NCBI RefSeq assembly: GCF_009914755.1
Contig: NC_060925.1
Source of the DNA: the human T2T-CHM13v2.0 reference genome, Homo sapiens
Length of the DNA stretch: 64,000 nt
Reading direction: 5' to 3' (one strand)
The position numbers and the translations under genes were made by a program. The notes below the pieces were generated by a model. The model had not been told where the DNA came from, ran no database searches, and worked only from the letters and a program-made list of their open reading frames with translations. Shown here one piece after another: positions 49,395-62,499 of the stretch (the stretch's first letter is position 1; the number at the start of each line of letters is the position of its first letter).

Positions 49395-50120
49395 GATCAC
49401 CTTTTAGGATGGTTATTGTCAAAAAGAAAGAAAGAAACAACAGAAAATAACAACTGTTCACGAGGACGTGGAGTAATTGGAACCTTTGTTGTGCATGGTT
49501 GGTGGGAACGTTCAACAGACAGTCACTGTGGGAAACACTACAGTGGCTCTCAAAAAAATTAAAAATTGCCATATGATTCAACAATTCTACTACTGAGTAT
49601 ATGCCCAAAAGAATTGAATGCAGAGTTTCAAAGAGATATTTGTATACCTGTGTTCATAGCAGCATTACTCAATTATGCATAATTGTTAAAACGTGAAAGC
49701 AACTCAAGTGTCCATTGATGGATGAATAATATGCAAAATGTGGTATATAAATATGGAATATTATTCAGCCCTAAAAAGGAAGAAGAATCTAACAAGTGTT
49801 ATAACATGGATGAGCTGTGAAGATATTATGCTAAGTGAAATAAGCAAGGCACAAAAAGACTCATACTGTATGCTTTCACTTATACGACTACTTAGAGTAG
49901 CCAAATTCATAGAGACAGAAAGTAGAATGGTAATTGCCAGGGGTTTGGTGGATGAATGGGGAGTTATTGTTTAGCAGGTATAGAGTTTTACTTGGGGAAG
50001 ATGAAAAGAGTTATGAATATGGATCTTGGTGATGGTTGTACTCACTATGAATGTATTTAACAACTGAACTGGACACTTAAAAATGGTTAAGATGGTGAAT
50101 TTTGTGCTATGTGTGTCTTA
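49395..50120 (+). mobile_element. L1MB-type 3' end
   Basis: MWYINMEYYSALKRK remnant; acttaaaaatggttaagatggtgaatttt 3'UTR. Confidence 0.85.
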
Positions 50121-50849
50121 TTTCATCTTTTGAGTAAATCAGTAAATAAATATAAACTAAATATCTGATAACTGGCACTATATTAAGTCCATTCTATATT
50201 ATAAAATCAGAGGCTTATAATTGTTTTGCATCTTACAAAACGTATCCAACATCAGAAAAAGATGTTGACATATAGATCCTTACTTCATAGATGTTAGCAA
50301 ATCATTAGATGCTGTTCTTCCAAAAATAGATAAGCAGATCTGGATTCTCCTGTAACTTTTTGTTGGTTTTCAGGATGAGCTATTTGAATACTATTTGATT
50401 TTATTTTTAAGCCTAGATCTATATGCTAATGGAAAGAATAATTGCAACATCATTCTGCTGATAACTTTTGGTCAACGTGACCCATTTCATTTAACTGCAC
50501 AGAAGTGTAGTAGGTAGGTATGGACAATCCTATGAGCCCTAATCGATCATGTCCTATGTATCGGACACAGAGTGAGGTTACACAAGAGTGGAAGCCAAAT
50601 AAGGTGGTACAAGTCCAGAACTGACTGGGAGTTGAGGTGATATTTGGGAGGGATCAGCAAAAAAGTTGGCAGGTATAAAATCAGGAGCTATCCAAGCCTA
50701 TTGCTAGGAGTTTCTTGAAAAGTGGGAAGGTCAGGCAGCCCAAGCAGGACATAAGAACTGATCAGTAACCCAGGAGAAACCCTATCCAGAGAACAGCAAA
50801 TAAACAGCAGTATGAAAGCAGATAAACACATTATTAATAAGTGGCTTTA

Positions 50850-51130
50850 GGCCGGGTGCAGTGGCTCACGCCTGTAATCCCAGCACTTTGGGAGGCCGAG
50901 GCGGGCAGATCACGAGGTCAGGAGATCGAGACCAGCCTGGCTAACACGGTGAAACCTCATCTCTACTAAAAATACAAAAAAATTAGCCGGGTGTGGTGGT
51001 GGGAGCCTGTAGTCCCAGCTACTTGGGAGACTGAGCAGGAGAATGGCGTGAACTGGGGAGGCGGAGCTTGCAGTGAGCCAAGATTGCGCCACTGCACTCC
51101 AGCCTGGGTGACAGAGCGAGACTCCATCTC

Positions 51131-51157
<27 letters not shown>
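50850..51157 (+). mobile_element. AluY-like, full length
   Basis: gatcacgaggtcaggagatcgagacc..ggctaacacgg..gaatggcgtgaac..gagcttgcag; 27-nt poly(A); approximate TSD aagt(gg)cttta. Confidence 0.97.
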
Positions 51158-51161
<4 letters not shown>

Positions 51162-52974
51162 TTAAATACTTAATGAGCCAGAGCTATGCAAGGCCAAAGT
51201 GTGCAGAAAGTAACAATTGAGAAAATACATTAATGAGATGAGCCAATAATTATTCAAGACAGGAAAGTCTTTAAACTTAACTGCTCAGCTCCTTCTAGTC
51301 ATCCCTAAAGAAAGCTCCAGCTTGGACAAGGATCTGTCAAATTCATAACACCCATGGGTTAAGGAATTCCCCATTCTTGGTAGGAAAAGTTATATCACTA
51401 CTCTCCTGTGGTCATAAATATTCAGTTAACCCATGTAATGTGCCTGCAGAGTGTTTGGCATGTGGCATTCTCAGTGAACATTAGTTCCTTCCTTTCTAGT
51501 TTCAAGGTATGCAAAAGGCCATTTAGCAAGAAGCGACTCCTGACCCCATCTCGTGAAGGTGGAGCTGACCTGGCTTTGTCATCAACATGTTGATGACTCT
51601 CTACTCATTTGGGTCCCTCCTGTAGCCACATGCTACTAATTAATTTGAAGAAAATTAATTGTCATCACTGTTTTCTAAAGTGTGTATGTAAATTCCAACT
51701 TAGGAACAAAGTTGATAGTCACTGAAGAGTAGTTGCCTACATAGTGTATAAAATAGTCTGCTCTGATCCAAGTTCCTTTGAAACAAAGTTAAATTGGTGC
51801 AACAGAAATTAAGTTCATCAGAAAGGAAAAGATTAGAGGGCTACACTAGTCACTATGATAAGGACTTGATAGAGTTTTGCAGAAAAAGTTTGATTGACTC
51901 ATTTGTAAGAATTCTAAATAAAGATATATAAATGAAGGTAAAATGACCTCAGAATGAACAATGTCATGAGAATCCAAGCTGTTACATCCGGTATTAGCAG
52001 AAACTTTCAGCAGCACACCCTAGTATGAAGGGCCGATAACAAATACTGTAATTCAAGTGAGGAACAGCCTTACTTTCCAGAACTGCCCAGTTAATCAAAA
52101 AGTCTGGAACTATTCCCGGGATTTTTTTTTTAGATCTAGAAAAAAAACCTCAAGATAACCCTTGTAAAATTGATCTAACATCAATGGGATGTGAGAAGGT
52201 AGTTATAGGTTTGCATTATCAAAGGGGTTTTACAAAAAATAAAGTGATTTGCAAAACGAGACTAAGGTAGAAAAGGTAAACACATATCATTTGTGTGTGG
52301 TGATTGGAGGAGAGTTGGGGAGGGCAGGGGAGCATTCAAGGGAATGAAGAAACAGTTTTACAATGTGGAGGAAGTTGGTCAGACTTCAGCTTCCCCAGAG
52401 GATAAGCAAAATTTAATTATTAACTTGTTCTTGGCACCAGATTTATTCCCCACAGAAAAACTTTAAATCAAACCTAGAAATAACTCTAAGAGAGAAGAGG
52501 AGACATTTTATTTGAACATGTGTGCTGTAGATGAAATGGTAAGTGGAAATCTGTTTATTCTCACTGATTATTTCCATGTGGAAGTTGCAAATCCTACAGT
52601 GGCCAATGGAAAAGGTAAAGTTAGATGAGAGCATCATTTATTCCTTGGTGAAAAAGTATCCCTCAGTAATTACAAGGGATCCATAGGCAGCTTTGTGTTG
52701 TAGCACGAGTCTTGAAGTTGACTCTAATTAAAGCCCTCTCATCTTTCCAAGAATTCTTAATGACCATAATCTTTGGTACTTTAGCATTGATGTAGTTCAA
52801 GTGCCCTCTGACCTTATTCACTCACTCCTTGAGATTTTACCTAGAAACATTTCTGTTCAACTTGACCAACTTCAGCTATAACTACTCTCTCAGAATATCA
52901 AGTATACAATAGACACCAGTAGAAAATAATTTTCCTTCCTCCCACCACTACTTTAAAAATAATTAGCTATAGAT

Positions 52975-53490
52975 AAAGATTCCGAACATCGCCTCCTCTA
53001 TAATCCATAAATTCCACTTTTGGGTATATACCCAGGAGAAATATGTCATCCTCAAACATGTATAGGAATGTTCACAGTTGCTTTATTCATAATAACCAAA
53101 GACTAAAATCCATCTGAATATTCATCAAAAACAGTAGAATATTTCAAAACAGTGAAAAAGAGCAAGCTATTGCTATGTGCAACAAGAAGATAAATCTCAC
53201 AGACATAATGTTGAGTGAAAAGAAGCTAGACACAAAAGAATACCACTATGAATCCATTTATATGAAGTTCAAGGATAATTAAAATTAATCTATGGTGATA
53301 GAAGAATAGTGGCTATCTTCGGAGGATACTAACTCAGGGTGGTCATCAGGAAGCCTTCTGGGAGGCTAGAAATACTCACTGTTTTATCTGTGTGGTAGTT
53401 CTATGGGTGTATTTACATGTAAAGAGTGATTAAGCTGTGCACTTAAGATTTGAGCACTTTACTGAATGTATATTATATCTCAAATTTTTA
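52975..53490 (+). mobile_element. L1ME/MC-type 3' fragment
   Basis: aatctcacagacataatgttgagtgaaaagaagc..ccatttatatgaagttcaa..cacttaagatttgagcacttta. Confidence 0.75.
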
Positions 53491-56400
53491 AAACAAGAAG
53501 AAAAAATCCTGTTCAGAAGTTTATATTTGGAGATTCAAAATTTAAGCTTACGCCCAAGATGCCGGCTCTTCATTGGTAATACATTAGTGATTTGATGATG
53601 CTGCAGCCAATAATTCCCTGCAAATATAGTTTTTGGCACACAATTTTAGAAAAATGAGCATAACAGGAAATTGTAATCAAAATAACTTTTCCATACTTAT
53701 TGGTATCAATAGTAATAATATAAGCTACTGTTCATTATACATATGATATACAGTATACAATATGGTTTCATTTACTTTCAACAAATATTTTTGTCTTTTC
53801 TTATAGTCCTGAGTTAAAGAATCTTCTTCAAGTACAGTAACCTGAACAAAGCAAACAGCCCATTATGAGATTGTCATAAAAAAATTTATTTCAGTCTGGA
53901 TGTTCCAAGTGCATTACCAAGGGAGATTAAAGAAAAGGGGGAATAAGCCTTTCTACTATAATGGTTTTACTTCAATTTTTAAAAAATAGAATGCTTTCCC
54001 ATTATTGCTTCTTTGCTTCTGGTAACCAGTCTTCAGGAGTAATTAGTTTGATAATTAGTTCGAGATGTCATTTAAAAAGAAGCAATTTTTAATGGACTAA
54101 CTTGAAAACAATCTTTTATCTTATGCTGGATGATTTTTCTTAATGAATTAAATAAACAATTTCTATGCTTACAGAAAGTAAACAGACCCATTCCCAAAAG
54201 GATAAACTCTCTTGCCATCTAGGGAGTTTCAGATCTGTTTAGGGAACTAAGATAGTGAAACAATAGCACTGAGGAGGCTATTGATAGACGATGTGTCACT
54301 GGGGTGTTGTAGACATTAATCATGAATGCTGAAGAAATTCAAGAGGTAAAGTCTGTTGGGGGCAATTTCATTTTCAAATGAATATAATTTCGTTGGGGGA
54401 CATTCTTCATGGGATAAAACTCGACTTCTTTAAAGCTGTAACCTATTAATCCACAGTGCAACCCAAAGACTGGAAAAGCAAAGTGAAAGGCCTCTGGTTC
54501 ATAACCCTTGTCCCTGATTTAGTTTCAAAACCATTTCTGCTGTTCGGAATTATGAGAAAACGTCAATTGAGTCTCAGCAGTAGTCATGGAGAAATCACAA
54601 CTTAACCCAAAACACTGAAAAAGAGCTTCAGTATCTTATGGAGCCTCAAGAAGCCAAAGCTTTTAGAAGTCCCAGCCCCTAAGGCTTGATGGGGGTGGAT
54701 GGAAGTCATCAAGGGAGATCTGTCTAACAGCTATTTAGAGTGTACTCTTGATTGCTGTTTCCTGAAAAAGGAGTCTTGTACCAGCTACTTGCGGAAATTA
54801 GTGGGTAAATTTATGAACATTAATATGATGTTGGGAAAAAAGCTGTGAATGTTATAATGTAAAATTGGGGTGGGGAGGGGTCCAGGATGGCTGAGTAGAA
54901 GCAGCTGTGGTGTGTGGCTCTCAAGGAGAGGAATGAAAGGGCCAAGTGAATACAGCACCTTCTATTGAAATATCCAGGTTCTCGCATTGGTACTGATGAG
55001 GAAAACAACTCAACTTACTGAGAAGAAAGAAAAGCAGGGTGGGATGATGGCCCACCTGGGAGTGACATAGAGTCGAGGGAATCCCTACTCCTAGCTGAGA
55101 GAAGCAGTGAGTAAATGTGTGACCCTGGGGAACCACGCTCCTCCCACAGATCTTTGCAACCCTCCAATCACAATCCCTTCGTGAGTCCACACCACCAGGG
55201 CCTTGGGTCCAACACACAGAACTGTGTGAAATTTTAGCAGAGTAGCTGCTCAGGCGCACACAGAAACCCAGGAGCTTTACATACTTTGGCTCAGGATCTT
55301 CAGCAAGACGGGAGGTCCGTACATACCCCTAGGAAGGGGGCTGAATCCAGGGGGCTGAGAAGCATTGGTCTGTGGGCCCCATTTCCATGGTACCTCACAA
55401 GATAAGAGGCTGGAATTCCACTGGCTTGGAATTCCAGCTAGCCACCGGCAACAGGGTGGAGCCTGCCTGAGACAGAATGGAGGCCTGGTGGGTAGAGGTA
55501 GGCCACCATCTCTGCTGTTTGGTAGACTCAGCCATTCCAGCCTGCAGGCTTTAGAGAGTCCGAATGGTCCTGATGAGGAAGGGTCCCAGCACAGCACAGA
55601 ATGTGACAAGATTGCTTCTTTGATCAGAACCCTGATTTGTTCCTCCTCACTGGGCAGGACCTCCCAGTTGGGACCTTCAGCTACCCCTGCCTGCCCTTAT
55701 TCTATGGACAGAGCTCTGCTCTCTCCCTGGGATGGAGTGCCAGGGTGGGGAGTTGCAACCTTGTTTGTTTGGATGACTCAGTCGTTCCAGCCTATGGTTT
55801 TAGTTCAAGCCAATAATGGGGCAGAGGCAGTTCCCCAGCACAACATGGCTATGTTGCTGAGGCATGGCCAAACTGCATCTATAAACAGGATCTGGATTCA
55901 CTCCTTCTCACTGGGTGGGTCCTCCCAGTCAGAGGACCCCCAGCAACCCCACCCATGTTCTACCACTGACAGAGTTCTAATATCCCCCTGGGATGGAGGT
56001 CCTGGGGGGTGGGGCAGGCCAACACCTTGGCTGTTTGGGCATCTCAGCCAGTCCAGCCTGCAGGCCTTGGAGAGCCCAAACCAGTCAGGGGCTGAAGAGA
56101 TCCTCAACACAGCATAGCTGCTCCACCAAACTGAGACTACCAGACTGAGACTGCTCTTTTAAGTAGGTTCCTGGTCCTGTTCCTCCTGATGGGGTGAGAT
56201 CTTCCAACTGGGGTCCCCAGCCACCTCCTACAGGCACATTCAGGCAGGCAACAAGTCAGTACCCTCCTGGGATGGAGCATTCAGAGGAAGGGGCAGGCTA
56301 CCATATTTACTGTTTCACAGCCTTCACTGGTGATACCTCCAGGTACTGGAAAAACTGAGACAATTAGGGTCTGAAGCAGACCCTTAGCAAAATCGCAGCA

Positions 56401-59400
56401 GTCCTACAGAAGAGTGGCCAGACTGTTAAAAGAAAAAAGCCAAAACAACAACAAACCCCACAAAAACCCCATCCAAAGTCAGCAACCTCAAAGATCAAAG
56501 GTAGAGAAATCCACAAAGATGAGAAAAAGCCAGCACAAAACCACTGAAAACTCAAAAAACCAGAGTTTCTCCTTTCCTCCAAATGATCACAACACTTCTC
56601 CAGCAGGGGCTCAGAACTGGGCTGAGGCTGACCTGGCTGAAATGACAGAGTTAGGCTTCAGAATCTGGATAAAAACAAACTTTGTTGAGCTAAAGGAGCA
56701 TGTTGTAACCCAATGCAAAGAAGCTAAGAAACATGATACAACAATGCAGGAGCTGACAGCCAAAATAGCTAGTATAGTAAGGAACATAACTGACATGATA
56801 GAGCTGAAAAACACACTGCAAGAACTTCACAATGCAATCACGAGTATTAATAGCAGAACAGACCAAGCAGAGGAAAGAATCTCAGAGCTTGAAGACTGTC
56901 TTACTGAAATAAGACAGACAGATAAGCATAGAGAGAAAAGAATAAAAAGGAATGAATGAAACCTCCAAGAAATATGGGATTATGTAAAGAGACCAAATCT
57001 ATGCCTGATTGGGCTACGTGAAAGAGATAGGGAGAATGGAACCAATTTGGAAACACATTTCAGGATATCATCCGGGAGAACTTCCCCAACTTAGCTAGAC
57101 AGGCCAACATTCAAACTCAGGAAATGCAGAGAACCCCAGTAAGATACTCCACAGGATCATCCCCAAGACACTTAATCTTTAGACTCTCCAAGATCAAAAT
57201 GAAAAAAAAAAAATGTTAAAGGCAGCCAGAGAGAAAGGCAAGGTCACCTACAAAGGGAAGCCCATCAGACTAATAGTGGAAACCCTACAAGCTTGATGAA
57301 GAGGTTGGGGACCAATATTCAAAATTCTTAAAGAAAAAGAATTTCCAACCCAGAACTTCATATCTGGCCAAACTAATTCATAAGCCATGGAGAAATAAGA
57401 CCCTTTTCAGACAAGCAAATGCTGTGGGAATTTGTTACCACCAGACCTGCCTTACAAGAGCTCCTCAAGGAAGCACTAAATATGGAAAGGAAAAACCATT
57501 AGCAGCCACAACAAAAACACACAGACCAGTGACAATATGCACCCTGGTCTGTACAAAAAGTACACGGACCAGTGACAATATGAAGCAACCACATAAGTAA
57601 GTCTGTAAAATAACCAGCTAATATCATGATGACAGAATCAAATTGACACATAAAAATACTAACCTTAAATATAATGGGCTAAATGCACCAATTAAAAGAC
57701 ACAAAATGGGAAGCTGGATTAAGAACCAAGACCCACTGATATGCTGTCTTTAAGAGAGCCATCTCATATGCAAAGACACACATAGGCTCAAAATAAAGGG
57801 ATGGAGGAAAATTTACCCAGCAAATGGAAAACAGAAAAAAGCAGGGGTTGCAATCTTAGTTTCTGACAAAACAGACTTTAAACCAAAAAGAAAAATAGAA
57901 AAAGACAAAAAAGGGCATTACATAATGGTAAAGGGTTCAGTTCAATAAGAAGAGCTAACTATCCTAGATATACCTAAATATAAGCACTTAATACAGAGGC
58001 AACCAGATTCATAAAGCAAGTTCTTAGAGACCTTCAAAGAGAGAGACTCCCACACAATAATAGTGGAAGACTTTAATACCCCACTGACAATAGTAGACAG
58101 ATCATAAAGACAGAAAGTTAACAAAATATTTAGGACCTGAACTCCACTCTGGATCAAGGGGACCTGATAGATATCTACAGAACTCCACGCAATAGCAACA
58201 GAATATACATTCTCATTGCCATGTGACCCTTACTCTAGAATTGATCACATAATCAGAGGTAAAATACTTCTTAGCAAATGCAAAATAACTGAAATCATAA
58301 TAAACAGTCTCTTGGACTACAGCACAATCAAATTAGAACTCAATATTAAGAAATTCACTCAAAACCACACAAGTACATGGAAATTGAACAACCAGCTCCT
58401 GAATGACTTTGGGAAAATAATGAAATTAAGGCAGAAATCAAGAAGTTCTTTGAAACGAATGAGAACAAAGACACAACATACCAGAATCTCTGGGATGCAG
58501 ATAAAGCAGTGTTAAGAGGGAAATTTATAGCACTAAATACCCAAAGCATAAAGCTAGAAAGATGTCAAGTTAGCAACCTAATATCACAATTAAGAGAACT
58601 GGAGAATCAAGAGCAAACAAACCCCAAAGCTAGCAGAAAGCAAGAAATAACCAAGATCAGAAGTAAACTGAAGGAGATACAGACATGAAAAATCTGTCCA
58701 AAGATCAATGAATACAGGAGGTGGTTTTTTGAAAAAAACTAATAAAATAAATAGACTGCTAGGTAGAAAAATAAAGAAGAAAAGAGAGAAAATTCAAGTA
58801 AACACAATCAGAAATGATCAAGGGGATATTACCACTGACTCTGCAGACATACAAACAACCATCAGAGAATACTGTAAACACCTTTATGCACATAAACTAG
58901 AAAATCTAGAAAAAAATGAATGAATTCCTAGACACATACAACATTCCAAGACTGAACTAGGAAGAAATTGAATCCCTGAATGGACCAATAATAAGTTTTG
59001 AAACTGAGGCAGTAATAAATAGCCTATCAACCAAAAAAACCAAGGACCAGATAGATTCACAACTGAATTCTACCAGAGGTAAAAAGGAGACCTGGCACCT
59101 TTCTACTAAACCTATTCCAAAAGATTGAAAAGGAGGGACTCCTCCCAAACTCATTCTATGAGGCCAGCATCACCCTGATACAAAAACCTGGCAGAGATAC
59201 AACAACAACAAAATTTCAGGCCAATATCCTTGATTAACATCAATGCAAAAATCCTGAACAAAATATTGGCAAACTGAATTCAGCAGCATATCAAAAAGCT
59301 TATCTATCAGAATCAAGCAGGCTTTATCCCCAGGATGCAAGACAGGTTTAATATGTGCAAGTCAATCAATGTGGTTCCTCACATAAACAGTGCTAAAGAC

Positions 59401-60260
59401 AAAAACCACATGATTATCTCAATAGATGCAGCAAAGGCTTTCAATAAAATTCAACATCCTTCATCTTAAAAACTCTCAATAAAGTAGGTATTTAAGGAAC
59501 ATACCCCAAATTAATAAGAGCCATCTATGACAAACCCACAGCAAATATCATACCAAATGGGCAACAGCTGGAGGCATTCCCCTTGAAAACTGGCAGAAGA
59601 TAAGTTTGCCCTCTCTCACCGATTCAACATAGTATTGGAAGTTCTGGTCAGGGAAATCAGGCAAGAGAAATAAATAAAGGATATTAAAATAGAAAGAGAG
59701 GAAGTCAAACTATCTTTGTTTGCAGATGAGATCCTGTATCTAGAAAACCCCATCATCGCAGCCTAAAAGCTTCTTAAGCTGATAAGCAACTTCAGCAGTC
59801 TCCAGATATAAAATCAACGTGCAAAAATTGTTAGCATTCCTACACACCAACAACAGGCAAGCCAAGAGCCAAATCATGAATGAACTCCCATTCACAATTG
59901 CCACAAAAAAGAATAAAATACCCAGAAATACAGCTAACAAGGGAAGTGATGGACCTCTATAAGGATAACTACAAACCAGTGCTCAAAGAAATCAGAGGAC
60001 ACACACACACACACAAAAAAAAACAGTCCATGCTCGTGGATAGGAAGAATCAGTATTGTGAAAATGGCCATACTGCCCAAAGCAATTTATAGATTCAATG
60101 CTATCCCCATGAAACTACCATTGACATTCTTCACAGAATTAAAAAAAAAACTGTTTCAAAATTCATATGGAACCAAAAAAGAGCCTGAATAGCCAAGGCA
60201 ATCCTAAGTAAAAAGACCAAGGCTGAAGGCATTACACTACCCGACTTCAAACTATACTAC

Positions 60261-60710
60261 ACCTATATACTTCCATTTCTGGCCCATCCTCTTTCTTTCT
60301 GTGGTGATAGTGCTAGTGCAAACATGGTGAATATTTCTAAGACCCGCCGGACTTCCTGTAAAAAGTGTGGCAAGCACCAATCTCACAAAGTAATGCAGTG
60401 CAAGAAGGGCAAGGATTTTCTGTATGCCCAGGAAAAGTGGTATTATGACAGGAAGCAGAGTGGCTATGGTGGGCAGACTAAGCTGATTTCCCAGAAAAAG
60501 GCTAAAACTACAAAGAAGATTGTGCTAAGGCTTGAGTGTGTTCAGCCCAACTGCAGATCTAAGTGAATACTGGCTACTAAAAGATGCAAACATTTTGAAC
60601 TATGAGGAGATAAAAAGAAAAAGGATCAAGTGATCCAGTTCTAAGTATCATCTTTTGTTTTATTATGAAGACAATAAAATCTTGAGTTTATGTTAAAAAG
60701 AAAAAAAAAA
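60261..60710 (+). pseudogene. RPL36A: Processed pseudogene of ribosomal protein eL42/L36a (CDS 60324-60644, premature TGA at codons 81 and 94)
   Basis: [52 protein letters not shown]; intronless 321-nt frame; AATAAA plus poly(A); TSD caaactatactac (60248-60260) / caacctataatac (60711-60723). Confidence 0.97.
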
Positions 60711-61140
60711 CAACCTATAATACTGGGCTACAGTAACCAAAACAGCAGAATACTGGTACAAGAACAGACACATAGACCAATGGAGCAGAATAGAGAACTT
60801 AAATATAGGACTACACACTTATAACCATCTGATCTTTGACAAACCTGACAAAACAAGCAATGGGGAAATGATTCCCTATTTAATAAATGCTGCTGGAAGA
60901 AATGGCTAGCCATATGCAGAAAATTTGAGCTGGACCCCTTCCTTACACCATCCTTGACAGAAATCAAGTCAAGAGGAATTAAAGACTTACATGTAAAACC
61001 TCAAACTATAACAATCCTAGAAGAAAACCTAGGCAATACCATTCAGGACTTAGGCATGGGCAAAGATTCCATGACAAAGATGCCAAAAGCAATTGCAACA
61101 AAAGTAAACATTGACAAATGGGATTTAATTAAACTAAAGA

Positions 61141-61471
<331 letters not shown>

Positions 61472-62499
61472 CTAAAGAGCTTCTGCACAGCAAAATAAAC
61501 TATCAACAGAGTAAACAGACAACCTACAGAATGGGAGAAAATTTTTGCAATCTATCCATCTGACAAATGTCTAATATCTAGCATCTATAAGGAACTTAAA
61601 TTTACAAGAAAAAAACAAACAATCCCATTAGAAAGTGGGCAAAGGACATGAATAGATATTTCTCCAAAGAAGACATACATGTGGCCAAAAACCATATGAG
61701 AAAAAGCTCAACATCACTGATCATTAAATAAATGCAAATCAAAACCACAATGAGATACCATTTTACACCAGTCAGGATGACTACTGTTAAAAAGTCAAAA
61801 AACAACAGGTGCTGGTGAAGTTGGGAGAAAAAGGAATGTTTTTACACTGCTGATGAGGGTGCAAATTAGTTCAGCCATTGTGGAAGACAGTGTGGCAATT
61901 CCTCAAAGACCTATAGGCAGAAATACCATTTGACCAAGCAATCCCATTACTGGGTATATACACCCAAAGGAATATAAATCATTCTATTATAAAGATGCAT
62001 GCACAGGTATGTTCATTGCAGCATTATTCGCAACAGCAAAGACATGGAATCAACCTGAATGTCCATCAATGATAGGCTAGACACAGAAAATGTGGTACAT
62101 ATACACCATGGAATACTATGCAGCCATAAAAAGGAACAAGATCATGTCATTTGCAGGGACGTGGATGGAGCTGGAGGCCATTATCCTTAGCAAACTAACA
62201 CAGGAAGAGAAAACCAAATATGACATGTTCTTACATATAAGTGGGAGCTAAATGATGAGAACGCATGGACACATGGCAGAGAACAACACACACTGGAGCC
62301 TACTGGAGGGCATTGCGGGGGCGACAGGGGAGAGGATCAGGAAGAATAGTTAATGGATGCTGGGCTTAATAATTGGGTGATGGGATGATCTGTGCAGCAA
62401 ACCATCATGGCACATGTTTACCTATGTTACAAACCTGCACATCCTGCACGTGTACTCCTAACCTTAAAATAAAAGTTGGAAATAAAAATAAGAATATAG

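Noticed and set aside
55365-56117. 250-aa ORF
   Set aside because: Lies wholly in the GC-rich, repetitive L1 5'UTR, has a non-ATG start and no recognisable domain; likely a chance ORF.
59999-60023. (AC)n plus A-run inside L1 ORF2
   Set aside because: Ordinary slippage expansion of an L1 gacaca seed.
60189-60566. RPL36A retrocopy is in frame with host L1 ORF2 (..[20 protein letters not shown])
   Set aside because: One-in-three coincidence; an in-frame TGA at 60186 and many upstream lesions preclude a fusion protein.
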